Assembly (NCBI RefSeq): GCF_000698785.1
Contig: NZ_CP007536.1
Location: 1,350,001 to 1,382,000 of the forward strand
Length of the DNA stretch: 32,000 bases
Direction: 5' to 3'
Source: Nitrososphaera viennensis EN76
Lineage (GTDB): Archaea > Thermoproteota > Nitrososphaeria > Nitrososphaerales > Nitrososphaeraceae
Part shown: piece after piece, positions 24,243-32,000 of the stretch
How positions within the stretch are numbered: the stretch's first letter is position 1
Layout of the letters: each line of letters opens with the position of its first letter
The notes under the pieces: model-generated
Seen by the model: only the letters and a program-made list of their open reading frames with translations
The model's database searches: none
Told to the model about the DNA's origin: nothing
Made by a program: the position numbers and the translations under genes

Positions 24243-24635
24243 ATGTACATGCCAAACCTGACAGCACACGGAAGGGCGCTCTTTGCCCTCTTGCCGCTGG
24301 GTTTCGCAATCGTTTCACTGGCAGTAGTGACGCCGACCGCTGCATTTGCAAGCTCGAACAACTACCATGATGACGACAATGATGACAAGGACGTCATTGT
24401 ATGCATCCTTAAGAACAACAATGATGATGACCACTACTGGTCAAGCTACAACAACAAGCACGATGATGACGACAATGATGATGACTTTGACTGTGTTTGC
24501 TTCTTCAAGGACAACCACAATGATGATGACCACTACTGGTCAAGCTACAACAACAAGCACGATGATGACGACAATGATGACAAGGACGTCATTGTATGCA
24601 TCCTTAAGAACAACAATGATGATGACCACTACTAA
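24243..24635 (+). CDS. Secreted Asp/Asn/His-rich tandem-repeat protein
   Basis: The signal peptide ends ...PTAAFA/SS. The mature part has about 2.7 repeats of DDD(D)NDD[KDVIVCILKNN/DFDCVCFFKDNH]NDDDHYWSSYNNKH, with six Cys. Confidence 0.6.
   Translation: MYMPNLTAHGRALFALLPLGFAIVSLAVVTPTAAFASSNNYHDDDNDDKDVIVCILKNNNDDDHYWSSYNNKHDDDDNDDDFDCVCFFKDNHNDDDHYWSSYNNKHDDDDNDDKDVIVCILKNNNDDDHY
24366..24633 (+). repeat. Coding tandem/direct repeats (99-nt and 195-nt register)
   Basis: 24419..24481 repeats at 24518..24580 (63 bp). 24368..24438 repeats at 24563..24633 (71 bp). Confidence 0.85.
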
Positions 24636-24688
24636 TAGACCGATCCTGTTCGAAACCCGCGACACCATGTGACGTGAAAGCGGAGATG

Positions 24689-24740
24689 CGTGATAACTTG
24701 AACAACAACGTTATCACGTCCTCTCCTCTCTTTTTTCTTT
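24689..24740 (+). terminator. Hairpin plus T-rich tract downstream of the repeat-protein gene
   Basis: CGTGATAAC (24689-24697) pairs with GTTATCACG (24710-24718) around a 12-nt loop, followed by CTCTCCTCTCTTTTTTCTTT. Confidence 0.45.
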
Positions 24741-24783
24741 GATACGAGATCCTCGCAATCTATAATCTCTCGACCGCAAAGAT

Positions 24784-25620
24784 CTACGGCCCTTGTCTGA
24801 CGCAGGCGGCAAACTTGTCGCAGTATTCTTTCAGCACAGGCTCGCCTGTTATTTCGTACAGCTTGCCAAGCTGGGCAATGTGCCCCTGGTGATAGTTGTC
24901 TTTTGCCCTGTTGCCCATCTGGTCGTAGTAAGACCAGTCGCCGGTGTAGTATTTTTGCAGGTTGCCGTCAACGGTGAGCCAGTTTACTCCCTTGCCAAAC
25001 ACGATGAGCGCCCGGTAGTCGCGTGTGTACTGGTGGTATTTCCACACGTATATCAGCGAGTTTGTGTGGCCGTTGAGCACATAGGTCTTTTGAAAGCCCG
25101 GCTTGGCCAGAAGTTGCAGAAATATCGAGTCCCTTCCCTCGTCGCTTGCGACCCCGCCGTCGTCGTAATCTACCAGAAACGCGCCAAAGGCTCTTCTTGC
25201 TTCTGCGAGGTAGCGGTCGCGCCCCGTTATTTCGTGCGCCAGAAGCAGGACGTTGACTCCTTCAGCCTGTGCAAGCGCCGAAGTGTACGGGGGCTCGACT
25301 CCCCCGTACCACCCCCATTTGAATCCGTATTCCCATAGCGAACATTTGCCGTCACCTTTTTCTTTTGCGTGTTCTAGCAGCCAGTTGGCGGTGTTGATGA
25401 GATTCCGCCTGGCCTGCGGGTCGCCTGTCCGCCGGTAACTGTCATGATACTGCAGCCCGTACGCGGTGACTACTTTCGGGTTGTAGACGACGCCTATCGA
25501 CCCGCCATAGTCATACATCATGACCCCGTTTTCGTCCGGAACCGGCCTGCCAGCGCTGATGCGTCGTTCTGGAGCTGCCATGGCAGCAGATCTTTGCAAG
25601 CAAGCCAGTGATAAGGACAC
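24784..25620 (-). CDS. D-glucuronyl C5-epimerase C-terminal-domain-like protein (tentative)
   Basis: 278 aa. The pattern ALAQAEGVNVLLLAH..TGRDRYLAEA...VLNGHTNSLIYVWKYHQYT resembles the alpha/alpha-toroid epimerase C-terminal domain. The start is uncertain. Confidence 0.45.
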   Translation of the reverse strand: MSLSLACLQRSAAMAAPERRISAGRPVPDENGVMMYDYGGSIGVVYNPKVVTAYGLQYHDSYRRTGDPQARRNLINTANWLLEHAKEKGDGKCSLWEYGFKWGWYGGVEPPYTSALAQAEGVNVLLLAHEITGRDRYLAEARRAFGAFLVDYDDGGVASDEGRDSIFLQLLAKPGFQKTYVLNGHTNSLIYVWKYHQYTRDYRALIVFGKGVNWLTVDGNLQKYYTGDWSYYDQMGNRAKDNYHQGHIAQLGKLYEITGEPVLKEYCDKFAACVRQGP

Positions 25621-25666
25621 TGCTCAATCTGGGAGACATCCGGCAAAACTCGTCCTCAAAATACCG

Positions 25667-26806
25667 CTAGCGATTGCTCAATTTTTGACCGGCGTCCAAA
25701 AGATCTACTTTGAGGATGTCAAACGTGGTGCACTCGCACCTGGCGCTTAGAAGGCTCGAAACGTTTGGCTCGATGTACTGCTCGCCTCCCACAAACTGCT
25801 TGATAGGAAGGCCGCCGTCAGCCAAAATTGTGAGTACAAGCTCGCTTTCAGCAGTTTTTTTTGCCTGCACAGAATGGATCTTTTTAACTGCCATCTTTGA
25901 GCGGTTTTCAAATTTTGCCTGCGCGCCTGCAAGCGACTTTTTCAGCTTCTTGATGTCGTCCGGGACAATCGCGCGGTCGCACTTGCACGCGATTCTTGTT
26001 TTGACCATAAAGCGCGCCTGCGTGTCTGGCACGTCGTCAAGCACTTTCACCACTTTTCCTTCAACGCCTGCCTCTGCAAATTTTGTTTTCCTTGGCTTTC
26101 GCACTTTTGGGTCTGACACCTTGGCGTAAAACGGCCTTCCCTTGCCAAGAACGAGGCTTGACTGGTCCTCGCTTCCCATCCACGAGAATTTCGGCGCCTG
26201 CCCGCCTGTCATTTTCATGATGTGCTTGGCCACGATGCCCTCGACGCTTTCAAGGCCGTCAAGGCCGGTGCCGTCGCAGAGGTTGCACCCCTTGCCGAGG
26301 CAGAGCGGGCATTTCCCGGCCTTTTGCGGAAGGCCCCGCTCCCTCTTTGCGTACCTGCACAAGAGGGCAAGTGGCCTTGACCTTGCAGTCGCCTCGATCT
26401 CGCCGTTCTTGCCTATCACGACGTTGATTGTCAGGTCCGGCCGCAAATAGTTGGCCTTTTTCCGCGTTATTTTTGAAAGGCGCGTCCCAAGCTCCCTTGT
26501 AAGCTGGTTCTTGATGCTTTCCCTGCCCCGGATCTTGAGCCTTGCGCGCAGCGCGTCCTCGCGCTCGTACGGCTGCGTCGGCAGTGTTGCCCCGACAAGA
26601 AAGGTGTCGAATTGATACTGCTTTGTCGCCAGAAACGCCTTTTTTGCAATCTCGTCGAGCCTCCCAAAGAGCCCCTTGCAGATGTAGCATTTGTCGGCTG
26701 CCGCTCTTTTACTTGCTCCGGCCTGCCGCAAAAGGCAGTGCCTGCACAGCTGGTACTCCTTCAAGAGTGGCAGAGCGTTTGCGATGGCAGCAGCGGCATC
26801 AACCAA
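25667..26806 (-). CDS. pus10: tRNA pseudouridine synthase Pus10
   Basis: 379 aa with N-terminal Zn-binding pairs CRHC...CYICKG, a second pair CPLC..CNLCDG, and the C-terminal ADGGLPIKQFVGGE...EPNVSSLL motif. Confidence 0.85.
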   Translation of the reverse strand: MVDAAAAIANALPLLKEYQLCRHCLLRQAGASKRAAADKCYICKGLFGRLDEIAKKAFLATKQYQFDTFLVGATLPTQPYEREDALRARLKIRGRESIKNQLTRELGTRLSKITRKKANYLRPDLTINVVIGKNGEIEATARSRPLALLCRYAKRERGLPQKAGKCPLCLGKGCNLCDGTGLDGLESVEGIVAKHIMKMTGGQAPKFSWMGSEDQSSLVLGKGRPFYAKVSDPKVRKPRKTKFAEAGVEGKVVKVLDDVPDTQARFMVKTRIACKCDRAIVPDDIKKLKKSLAGAQAKFENRSKMAVKKIHSVQAKKTAESELVLTILADGGLPIKQFVGGEQYIEPNVSSLLSARCECTTFDILKVDLLDAGQKLSNR

Positions 26807-28172
26807 GGCCGAATTTCCTCATGAGGCCCTGCATCTGCCGGCCCTTGGACTGCTTCATCATGGCCTTCGAGTTGTTGTACTGCGTGATCATGTGCTTGAC
26901 CTCGCTTTCAGGCATCCCCGAGCCGCGGGCTATGCGCTTGCGCCTCGCCTCGTTAATGATGTCAGGGTCCTTCTTCTCGTCCTTGGTCATCGACTGGATG
27001 ATAAAGCGCCACTTTTCCATGCGCGCCTGCATCGCGTCCAGCTGATCCTCTTTTACCATGCCGGAGAGCCCAGGCATGTTTTCGATGACGTTTCTAAAAC
27101 CAATCTTGCTCACCTGCTCCATCTGCGCGTAGAAATCCTCGATGGTCATCTTGCCGGAAAGCACCCTCTTGGCCTGGTTCTCGTCCGCCTGCATCTCCAG
27201 GCCCTTTGCCATCTCCAAGAGCGCCTTGATGTCGCCCATTCCAAGCAGGCGGCCGACAAAGCGCGTGGGCGAGAACTGCTCTAGGTCGTCGATGCGCTCG
27301 CCGGTCCCGATGAACATCACCTTTGCGCCCGTGGCTGCAGAGGCTGCAAGCGCGCCTCCGCCCTTTGCGGTGCCGTCCAGCTTGGTGATGATGATGCCGC
27401 CTAGTGGAGCCGCCTTGTGGAACGCCTCGGCCTGGCTGTACGCCTGCTGGCCTATGGTCCCGTCCAGGACGAGCAGTGCGAGGTCCGGCGTCGACACCTT
27501 GTGCATCTCGGCCATCTCCTGCAAGAGGCCGGCCTCCTCCTTGTGCCTGCCGGCGGTGTCTATGATTATCACGTCTAGGTTCTGCGGTTTAAAGTGCTCA
27601 AGGCCGTGCCTTGCAATGCCTACTGCGTCCTTGCTTTCCTCTTCCCCGTACACCTCGACGTTTATCTTGGCGCAGTTCATCTTCAGCTGCGTAAGAGCGC
27701 CGGGGCGCCAGGTGTCAGTCCCGATGACCCCCACCCGGTAGCCGTGCTTTGTGAGCCACCTTGCAAGCTTTGCCGTGACCGTCGTCTTGCCCGAGCCCTG
27801 GATGCCTAGGAGGAGCACGACGTTCTGCTTGCCGGGCTTGAAGAACGCGGTGACGCCGGGGTCGTCGTCTATGCCCTTTTTGTCGATGGTGGTTATCACC
27901 TCGCCGGAATAGCCGAGCATCCTTGCCAGCTCGCCGTACAGGATAGTGACGATGTGGTCCTTGCGGGAGAGCCCCTTTGGCGGCTGCTCGGTCATTGCGC
28001 GCTGCTTCAGGTTGTCGGTGATTGCCTTGACAAGCGCTGCCTTTACGTCAGAGAGCAAGAGCGAGCGCTGGATGTCCTTGCACAGCGAATCAATCAGCTC
28101 CTCGTTAATGTCCGACGCGCCTACGATCTTTTTTAGCGCGCTCCTCAGCCCGTCACGCAGGTTGTCAAACAT
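26799..28172 (-). CDS. srp54: Signal recognition particle protein SRP54
   Basis: 457 aa with an NG domain (GIQGSGKTT, DTAGRH, TKLDGTAKGG) and a Met-rich M domain. Its stop overlaps the pus10 start by 8 nt. Confidence 0.95.
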   Translation of the reverse strand: MFDNLRDGLRSALKKIVGASDINEELIDSLCKDIQRSLLLSDVKAALVKAITDNLKQRAMTEQPPKGLSRKDHIVTILYGELARMLGYSGEVITTIDKKGIDDDPGVTAFFKPGKQNVVLLLGIQGSGKTTVTAKLARWLTKHGYRVGVIGTDTWRPGALTQLKMNCAKINVEVYGEEESKDAVGIARHGLEHFKPQNLDVIIIDTAGRHKEEAGLLQEMAEMHKVSTPDLALLVLDGTIGQQAYSQAEAFHKAAPLGGIIITKLDGTAKGGGALAASAATGAKVMFIGTGERIDDLEQFSPTRFVGRLLGMGDIKALLEMAKGLEMQADENQAKRVLSGKMTIEDFYAQMEQVSKIGFRNVIENMPGLSGMVKEDQLDAMQARMEKWRFIIQSMTKDEKKDPDIINEARRKRIARGSGMPESEVKHMITQYNNSKAMMKQSKGRQMQGLMRKFGLG

Positions 28173-28180
28173 ATGTCCGT

Positions 28181-28876
28181 CTACTTGTCTAATAGCTCTG
28201 CTTCCAGTATTTCAAACATTCCCCTCTGGCCGTCCCACCGGGCTGTTGCCTGCCTCACGGCGAGCCTTTTTTTCGGGTAGAGCGGGCAGTCAAGGACAAG
28301 CGTTTCTGCCTCGCCGCCCTCAAACGTCAGGTTAAAGCCGTATTTTCTTGAAAGCCAGACGAGTTTTGCGAGCGACTCCCTGTCGATGACCCTGCCAAGC
28401 CACTCTTTTTCAAGCCCCATTGCAGAGACGCCCACTATCATCACGACAAAGCCGCTTGCCAGGAGGTCGGCCATGTATCTTTCCGGCTCGACGCCCCAGA
28501 GAGGCGAGACGGGCACAAGGCCGTGCCTTTTGCAGACCTCCTCAAATACCTGCTTTTGGAATATGCTGGCGATTCCGCCGTTGACTACTCCCTCAATGCG
28601 GTAGAGCGATTTTGCCTGCGCCACGGCCGCGTCAAGTGCCTCAATTTCAGCATCCCTGTCCGTGCCGGCCACGACGGCAGACTCTAGCAGCGGAACCCCC
28701 ATCGCCTCTGCAAGGTGTTTCGTGATGCGGCTGTTCGGGTAGTGAAATAGCGCGCTGTCATCGGCTGCAGGATGCATGGTTATCAGGCATTCGATGGCGT
28801 GGCCTTGCTGCCTTGCGCGGTAGATGGCAAACGTGCTGTCCTTGCCTCCAGAGAAAAGCGCTGCCAGCCTCATCAC
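28181..28876 (-). CDS. PP-loop ATPase of the MJ0570 / diphthine-ammonia ligase family
   Basis: 231 aa with ALFSGGKDS (PP-loop) and ...FEGGEAETLVLDCPL typical of the family. Confidence 0.8.
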   Translation of the reverse strand: MMRLAALFSGGKDSTFAIYRARQQGHAIECLITMHPAADDSALFHYPNSRITKHLAEAMGVPLLESAVVAGTDRDAEIEALDAAVAQAKSLYRIEGVVNGGIASIFQKQVFEEVCKRHGLVPVSPLWGVEPERYMADLLASGFVVMIVGVSAMGLEKEWLGRVIDRESLAKLVWLSRKYGFNLTFEGGEAETLVLDCPLYPKKRLAVRQATARWDGQRGMFEILEAELLDK

Positions 28877-28921
28877 GAGAAAGCGACTGCCACGGCGCGA
28901 AATATAACTCCAACATTATTG

Positions 28922-28928
28922 TTTATAT
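28922..28928 (+). promoter_or_regulatory. TATA box for the peptide-type ABC operon
   Basis: TTTATAT is centred about 28 nt upstream of the ATG at 28953. Confidence 0.45.
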
Positions 28929-28949
28929 CACAAGGCTGCAAGTGCTCTC

Positions 28950-29792
28950 TTGATGACATCTCCGCTGCTTGAAGTCAGAGACCTGCGCAAGTACTTTCCA
29001 GTCAAGCGCAGCTTCCGGCAGGTGCTCCACCACAAGGGCCAGGATTTTGTCAGGGCAGTCGACGGCGTCAGCTTTACGCTAGAGCGGGGCAAGGTGCTCG
29101 TGCTTGCAGGCGAGTCAGGGTCTGGCAAGACCACGGTCGCAAGGCTGGTGCTTCGCGCAATCGATCCGGACGCAGGGTCGATAATCTTTGAGGGAAGCGA
29201 CGTCACGCGCTACACAGGCAGCCAGCTGAAGCACTTTCGCTCCTCCGTTCACATGGTGTACCAGGACCCGTATGCGTCGCTGAACCCCCGCATGAAGATA
29301 ATGGACATCGTGATGGAGCCCCTTTCCATACACGACAAGGCAAGCACGAAGGAGCAGAAGGAGGAAAAGGTGCTCAAGGCGCTTGAGGAGGTGAGGCTCG
29401 TGCCGGCGCAAGAGATCGCACGGCGCCGGCCCCACATGCTCTCGGGCGGCCAGCGCCAGAGGGTCGCGCTTGCAAGGGCGCTTGTGATGAGGCCGGCGCT
29501 CATCGTGGCCGACGAGCCGGTCTCGATGCTCGACGTCTCTGTGAGGGGCGAGATACTGGAGCTCATGCAGACGCTCCGCCAGCGCTTTTCCCTCTCGTAC
29601 ATCTACATCACCCACGATTTATCGACCGCCCGCTATGTCGGCGACGACATTGCCATCATGAACGCCGGCAGGATAGTTGAGACGGGGCCCATCGACAGGG
29701 TGCTCCTGAGCCCGGCGCACCAGTATACTAAGTCGCTGATAGAGGCGATACCGGACCCCGACCGCGGCAGGGCATATGAGAGCACACCATGA
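28950..29792 (+). CDS. ABC transporter ATP-binding protein, oligopeptide/dipeptide (OppF/DppF) type
   Basis: Walker A GESGSGKTT, signature LSGGQRQRVALARAL and Walker B LIVADEPVSMLD. The likely true start is the ATG at 28953 (the listed first codon is TTG). Confidence 0.9.
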   Translation: MMTSPLLEVRDLRKYFPVKRSFRQVLHHKGQDFVRAVDGVSFTLERGKVLVLAGESGSGKTTVARLVLRAIDPDAGSIIFEGSDVTRYTGSQLKHFRSSVHMVYQDPYASLNPRMKIMDIVMEPLSIHDKASTKEQKEEKVLKALEEVRLVPAQEIARRRPHMLSGGQRQRVALARALVMRPALIVADEPVSMLDVSVRGEILELMQTLRQRFSLSYIYITHDLSTARYVGDDIAIMNAGRIVETGPIDRVLLSPAHQYTKSLIEAIPDPDRGRAYESTP

Positions 29793-32000
29793 AAGATATA
29801 TTGGAGATCCAAGGGGTAATCTCAGTGAATAAAGCACCCCTGCTGTCTCTGTCGATAATTCTTGTACTGCTTTTGCCCGTTTTTTCCACAGTTTTCAATA
29901 CCGCGTCTGCCCAGCAACAGCAGACGGAAAAGAAGGGTCCGTACGTGGATCAGGTGACGTTTATCCACCGCGACGACGAGAACCTCGCCCTTGAGGAGGT
30001 CAAGTCGGGAAACCTTGACGCCTATTATTTCCATATTCCGCTTGAAGCGGCGGCCGACGCAAAGAGCGACCCCCGCGTGACTGTATACGACAGGACTGCC
30101 GGCTCTGCCGGGCTCTTGATGAACCCCGCGCCGGCCAGGGACGGAAATTCCCTCAACCCGTTCTCCATAAAGGAAGTCAGGTTTGCCATGAACTACCTCA
30201 TTGACCGCCAGTTCGTGGTGAACGAGATCTACAAGGGGTACGGAAGCCCGCTTGTCGACCCCTTTGGCATCTACTCGCCGGAATACCTCAACGTCATTGA
30301 CACGGTAGAGTCGTTCGGGTTCAGCTACAACCCCGGCCTTGCAGAAAAAATGATCACCGACGCCATGACTGCCGCCGGCGCCACCAAGGATGCGGCAAGC
30401 GGCAACAAGTGGATGTTCAAGGAAAGCCCCGTCACCGTCAAGATAATGATAAGGCTCGACGACGCATCGAGAAAATCGATAGGAGAGCTTGTCGCCTCAA
30501 AGCTCGAAGAGTCAGGGTTTACGGTGCAAAAGGAATATGGAGACCTGACCAAGGCCAACACCATAGTATACGGCTCCAACCCGCAGGACCTGAAATGGAA
30601 CGTGTACACGGAGGGGCTTGCAGGAACGTCTGTGTTCGTGAAATACAACCCGATAATACCGGGCCAGATGTACGCCCCGTGGGTCGGCAACATGCCGGGC
30701 TCCCAGAACCCGAGCTTCTGGAACTACCAGAACTCCACGCTTGACGAGATTACGCAAAAGATATTCTTTGCCAACTTTACGTCGGCAGAAGACAGGAGCA
30801 GGCTGGTGAACGCGGCCGTCAAGGGTGGCATACAGGAATCGGTCAGGATATTCCTTGCGCAGAGGACAGAGCCGTTTGTGGTTTCTTCTTCGCTCAAGGG
30901 CGTGGTCAACGACTTTGGCGCAGGCATCACAAGCAAGTATTCGCTCGTAAACGCCCGGCCTTCAGACGGCAAGGGCACCCTCAACATCGGCGTCAAGCAG
31001 ATCCATCAAGGGTCATGGAATGGCATAGGCGGCCTGTCAGACACGTACAGCAGGGACATCTTTAACAATGTCTACGACAGCGCTACTTTCAGGGACCCGT
31101 ACACCGGCGAGATAATCCCCATGAGGACCCAGTGGACAGACATCTCCACGCAGGGCCCGACCGGCAAGCTGCAAGTGGCAGAGGACGCCCAGACGTGGGA
31201 TCCCGCCACGCAAAAGTGGAAGGACGCCGGGCCCGATGCCACTGCCACGAGCAAGGTCACGTACAAGCTTCTCTATTCAAAGTGGCACAACGGCATCCCG
31301 ATGGACAAGTCTGACCTGCTGTACTCCCAGTACTTTACTTTTGAGTGGGGCACCAATTCTGGAAGCGACGACCAGACGGTCGACCCAGAATACACCTCGT
31401 CGGCCGCGCCGGCACTCCCGCTCCTCAAGGGAATCAAGTTTACGTCGGATGGCACCCTAGAGTCGTACGTCAACTTTTGGCACTATGACGACAAAGAGAT
31501 AGCTGACTTTGCGCCGGCGTGGGCGGCAGAGCCCTGGGAGATAACCGCGGCGACTGAGAGGCTCGTCACCGACGGCAAGTTTGCATATTCAAGGAGCCAG
31601 GCAAGCGCCAAGAACGTCGACTGGCTCGACCCGATAGTGCCGGAGCACGCGCAGGCGATAAAGGAAGAGCTGCAACAGATGAAGAGCGAAAATTACGTAC
31701 CTGCGGCGCTCAAGGGGATAGTGAGCGTTGACGACGCGAAAAAGCGCTACGACGCAAGCATCGCCTGGATAAACACGCACGGGAACGCCATCATCAGCAA
31801 TGGCGCGTTCTACCTTGACAGTTTCAACATTGCCGGAGGAACGATAACCATCAGGGCTTTCCGCGACCCTTCGTACCCGTTTGAGCAGGGGCACTGGTCG
31901 GCCTACGAGAACCCGAAGCTTGCGACGATAGAAAGGGTGGACGCGGCCAGGATGATAGAGATAGGCAAGCCGGCGGAAATGACTGTCAGCGTGCAGGTAG
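29789..32000 (+). CDS. ABC transporter substrate-binding protein, family 5 (peptide/nickel type), N-terminal about 737 aa; runs off the window end
   Basis: The ATG at 29789 overlaps the ATPase stop (ATGA). The N-terminus is MKDILEIQGVISVNKAPLLSLSIILVLLLPVFSTVFNTASA (signal/anchor). The frame stays open to position 32000, so it is absent from the ORF track. SBP_bac_5-like segments are present (VRFAMNYLIDRQFVVNEIYKGYG). Confidence 0.8.
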   Translation, partial: MKDILEIQGVISVNKAPLLSLSIILVLLLPVFSTVFNTASAQQQQTEKKGPYVDQVTFIHRDDENLALEEVKSGNLDAYYFHIPLEAAADAKSDPRVTVYDRTAGSAGLLMNPAPARDGNSLNPFSIKEVRFAMNYLIDRQFVVNEIYKGYGSPLVDPFGIYSPEYLNVIDTVESFGFSYNPGLAEKMITDAMTAAGATKDAASGNKWMFKESPVTVKIMIRLDDASRKSIGELVASKLEESGFTVQKEYGDLTKANTIVYGSNPQDLKWNVYTEGLAGTSVFVKYNPIIPGQMYAPWVGNMPGSQNPSFWNYQNSTLDEITQKIFFANFTSAEDRSRLVNAAVKGGIQESVRIFLAQRTEPFVVSSSLKGVVNDFGAGITSKYSLVNARPSDGKGTLNIGVKQIHQGSWNGIGGLSDTYSRDIFNNVYDSATFRDPYTGEIIPMRTQWTDISTQGPTGKLQVAEDAQTWDPATQKWKDAGPDATATSKVTYKLLYSKWHNGIPMDKSDLLYSQYFTFEWGTNSGSDDQTVDPEYTSSAAPALPLLKGIKFTSDGTLESYVNFWHYDDKEIADFAPAWAAEPWEITAATERLVTDGKFAYSRSQASAKNVDWLDPIVPEHAQAIKEELQQMKSENYVPAALKGIVSVDDAKKRYDASIAWINTHGNAIISNGAFYLDSFNIAGGTITIRAFRDPSYPFEQGHWSAYENPKLATIERVDAARMIEIGKPAEMTVSVQV

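Noticed and set aside
24366-24633. Possible CRISPR array, suggested by the short direct repeats
   Set aside because: The repeats are contiguous and in frame within a coding sequence. There are no unique spacers of regular length and no leader or cas genes.
24346-24672. 108-aa Thr/Met-rich ORF in an alternative frame of the repeat region
   Set aside because: It uses the same strand and DNA as the 24243..24635 ORF. That ORF has a proper signal peptide and start context, while this frame has neither.
1-32000. tRNA, rRNA or other structured RNA genes
   Set aside because: I scanned the intergenic spacers by eye (for example 7524-7912, 23102-23343, 24022-24242 and 25621-25666). I saw no cloverleaf-compatible stems or rRNA-like conserved blocks. 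A tRNAscan or Infernal run would be needed for certainty.

Overview
The window reads as an archaeal chromosome segment. Markers are ribosomal proteins S24e and S27ae, SRP54, Pus10, diphthine-ammonia ligase, futalosine-pathway radical-SAM and UbiD genes, and a PEFG-CTERM anchor, so a Nitrososphaera-like thaumarchaeon is my inference. Gene density is high on both strands.

Layout:
- 1-7.5 kb: purE (partial), an amidase, and a BMP/PnrA-type ABC importer (ATPase, two permeases, and a separately promoted surface-anchored binding protein).
- 7.9-14.1 kb: a cluster of fdrA, a small ORF, DUF2877, carbamate kinase and DUF1116. This is the E. coli fdrA/ylbF/ybcF/ylbE-type oxamate transcarbamylase plus carbamate kinase gene set.
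- 14.1-19.3 kb: menaquinone (futalosine) genes.
- 19.34-20.04 kb: a complete IS6-family element with inverted repeats and an 8-bp target duplication.
- 20.1-32 kb: housekeeping genes, an AT-richer islet of secreted proteins, and a peptide-type ABC transporter.

The main observation is the 636-aa carbamate kinase ORF. It is a full-length kinase (141 + 173 aa) with a 322-aa in-frame insert. The insert is a circularly permuted copy of the neighbouring transporter's solute-binding domain, without signal peptide or anchor. Two blocks of the insert (269 bp and 346 bp) are 100% identical to the transporter gene, in inverted orientation and swapped order. A natural ligand-gated enzyme is a plausible reading. 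Misassembly or a recombination artefact must be excluded.
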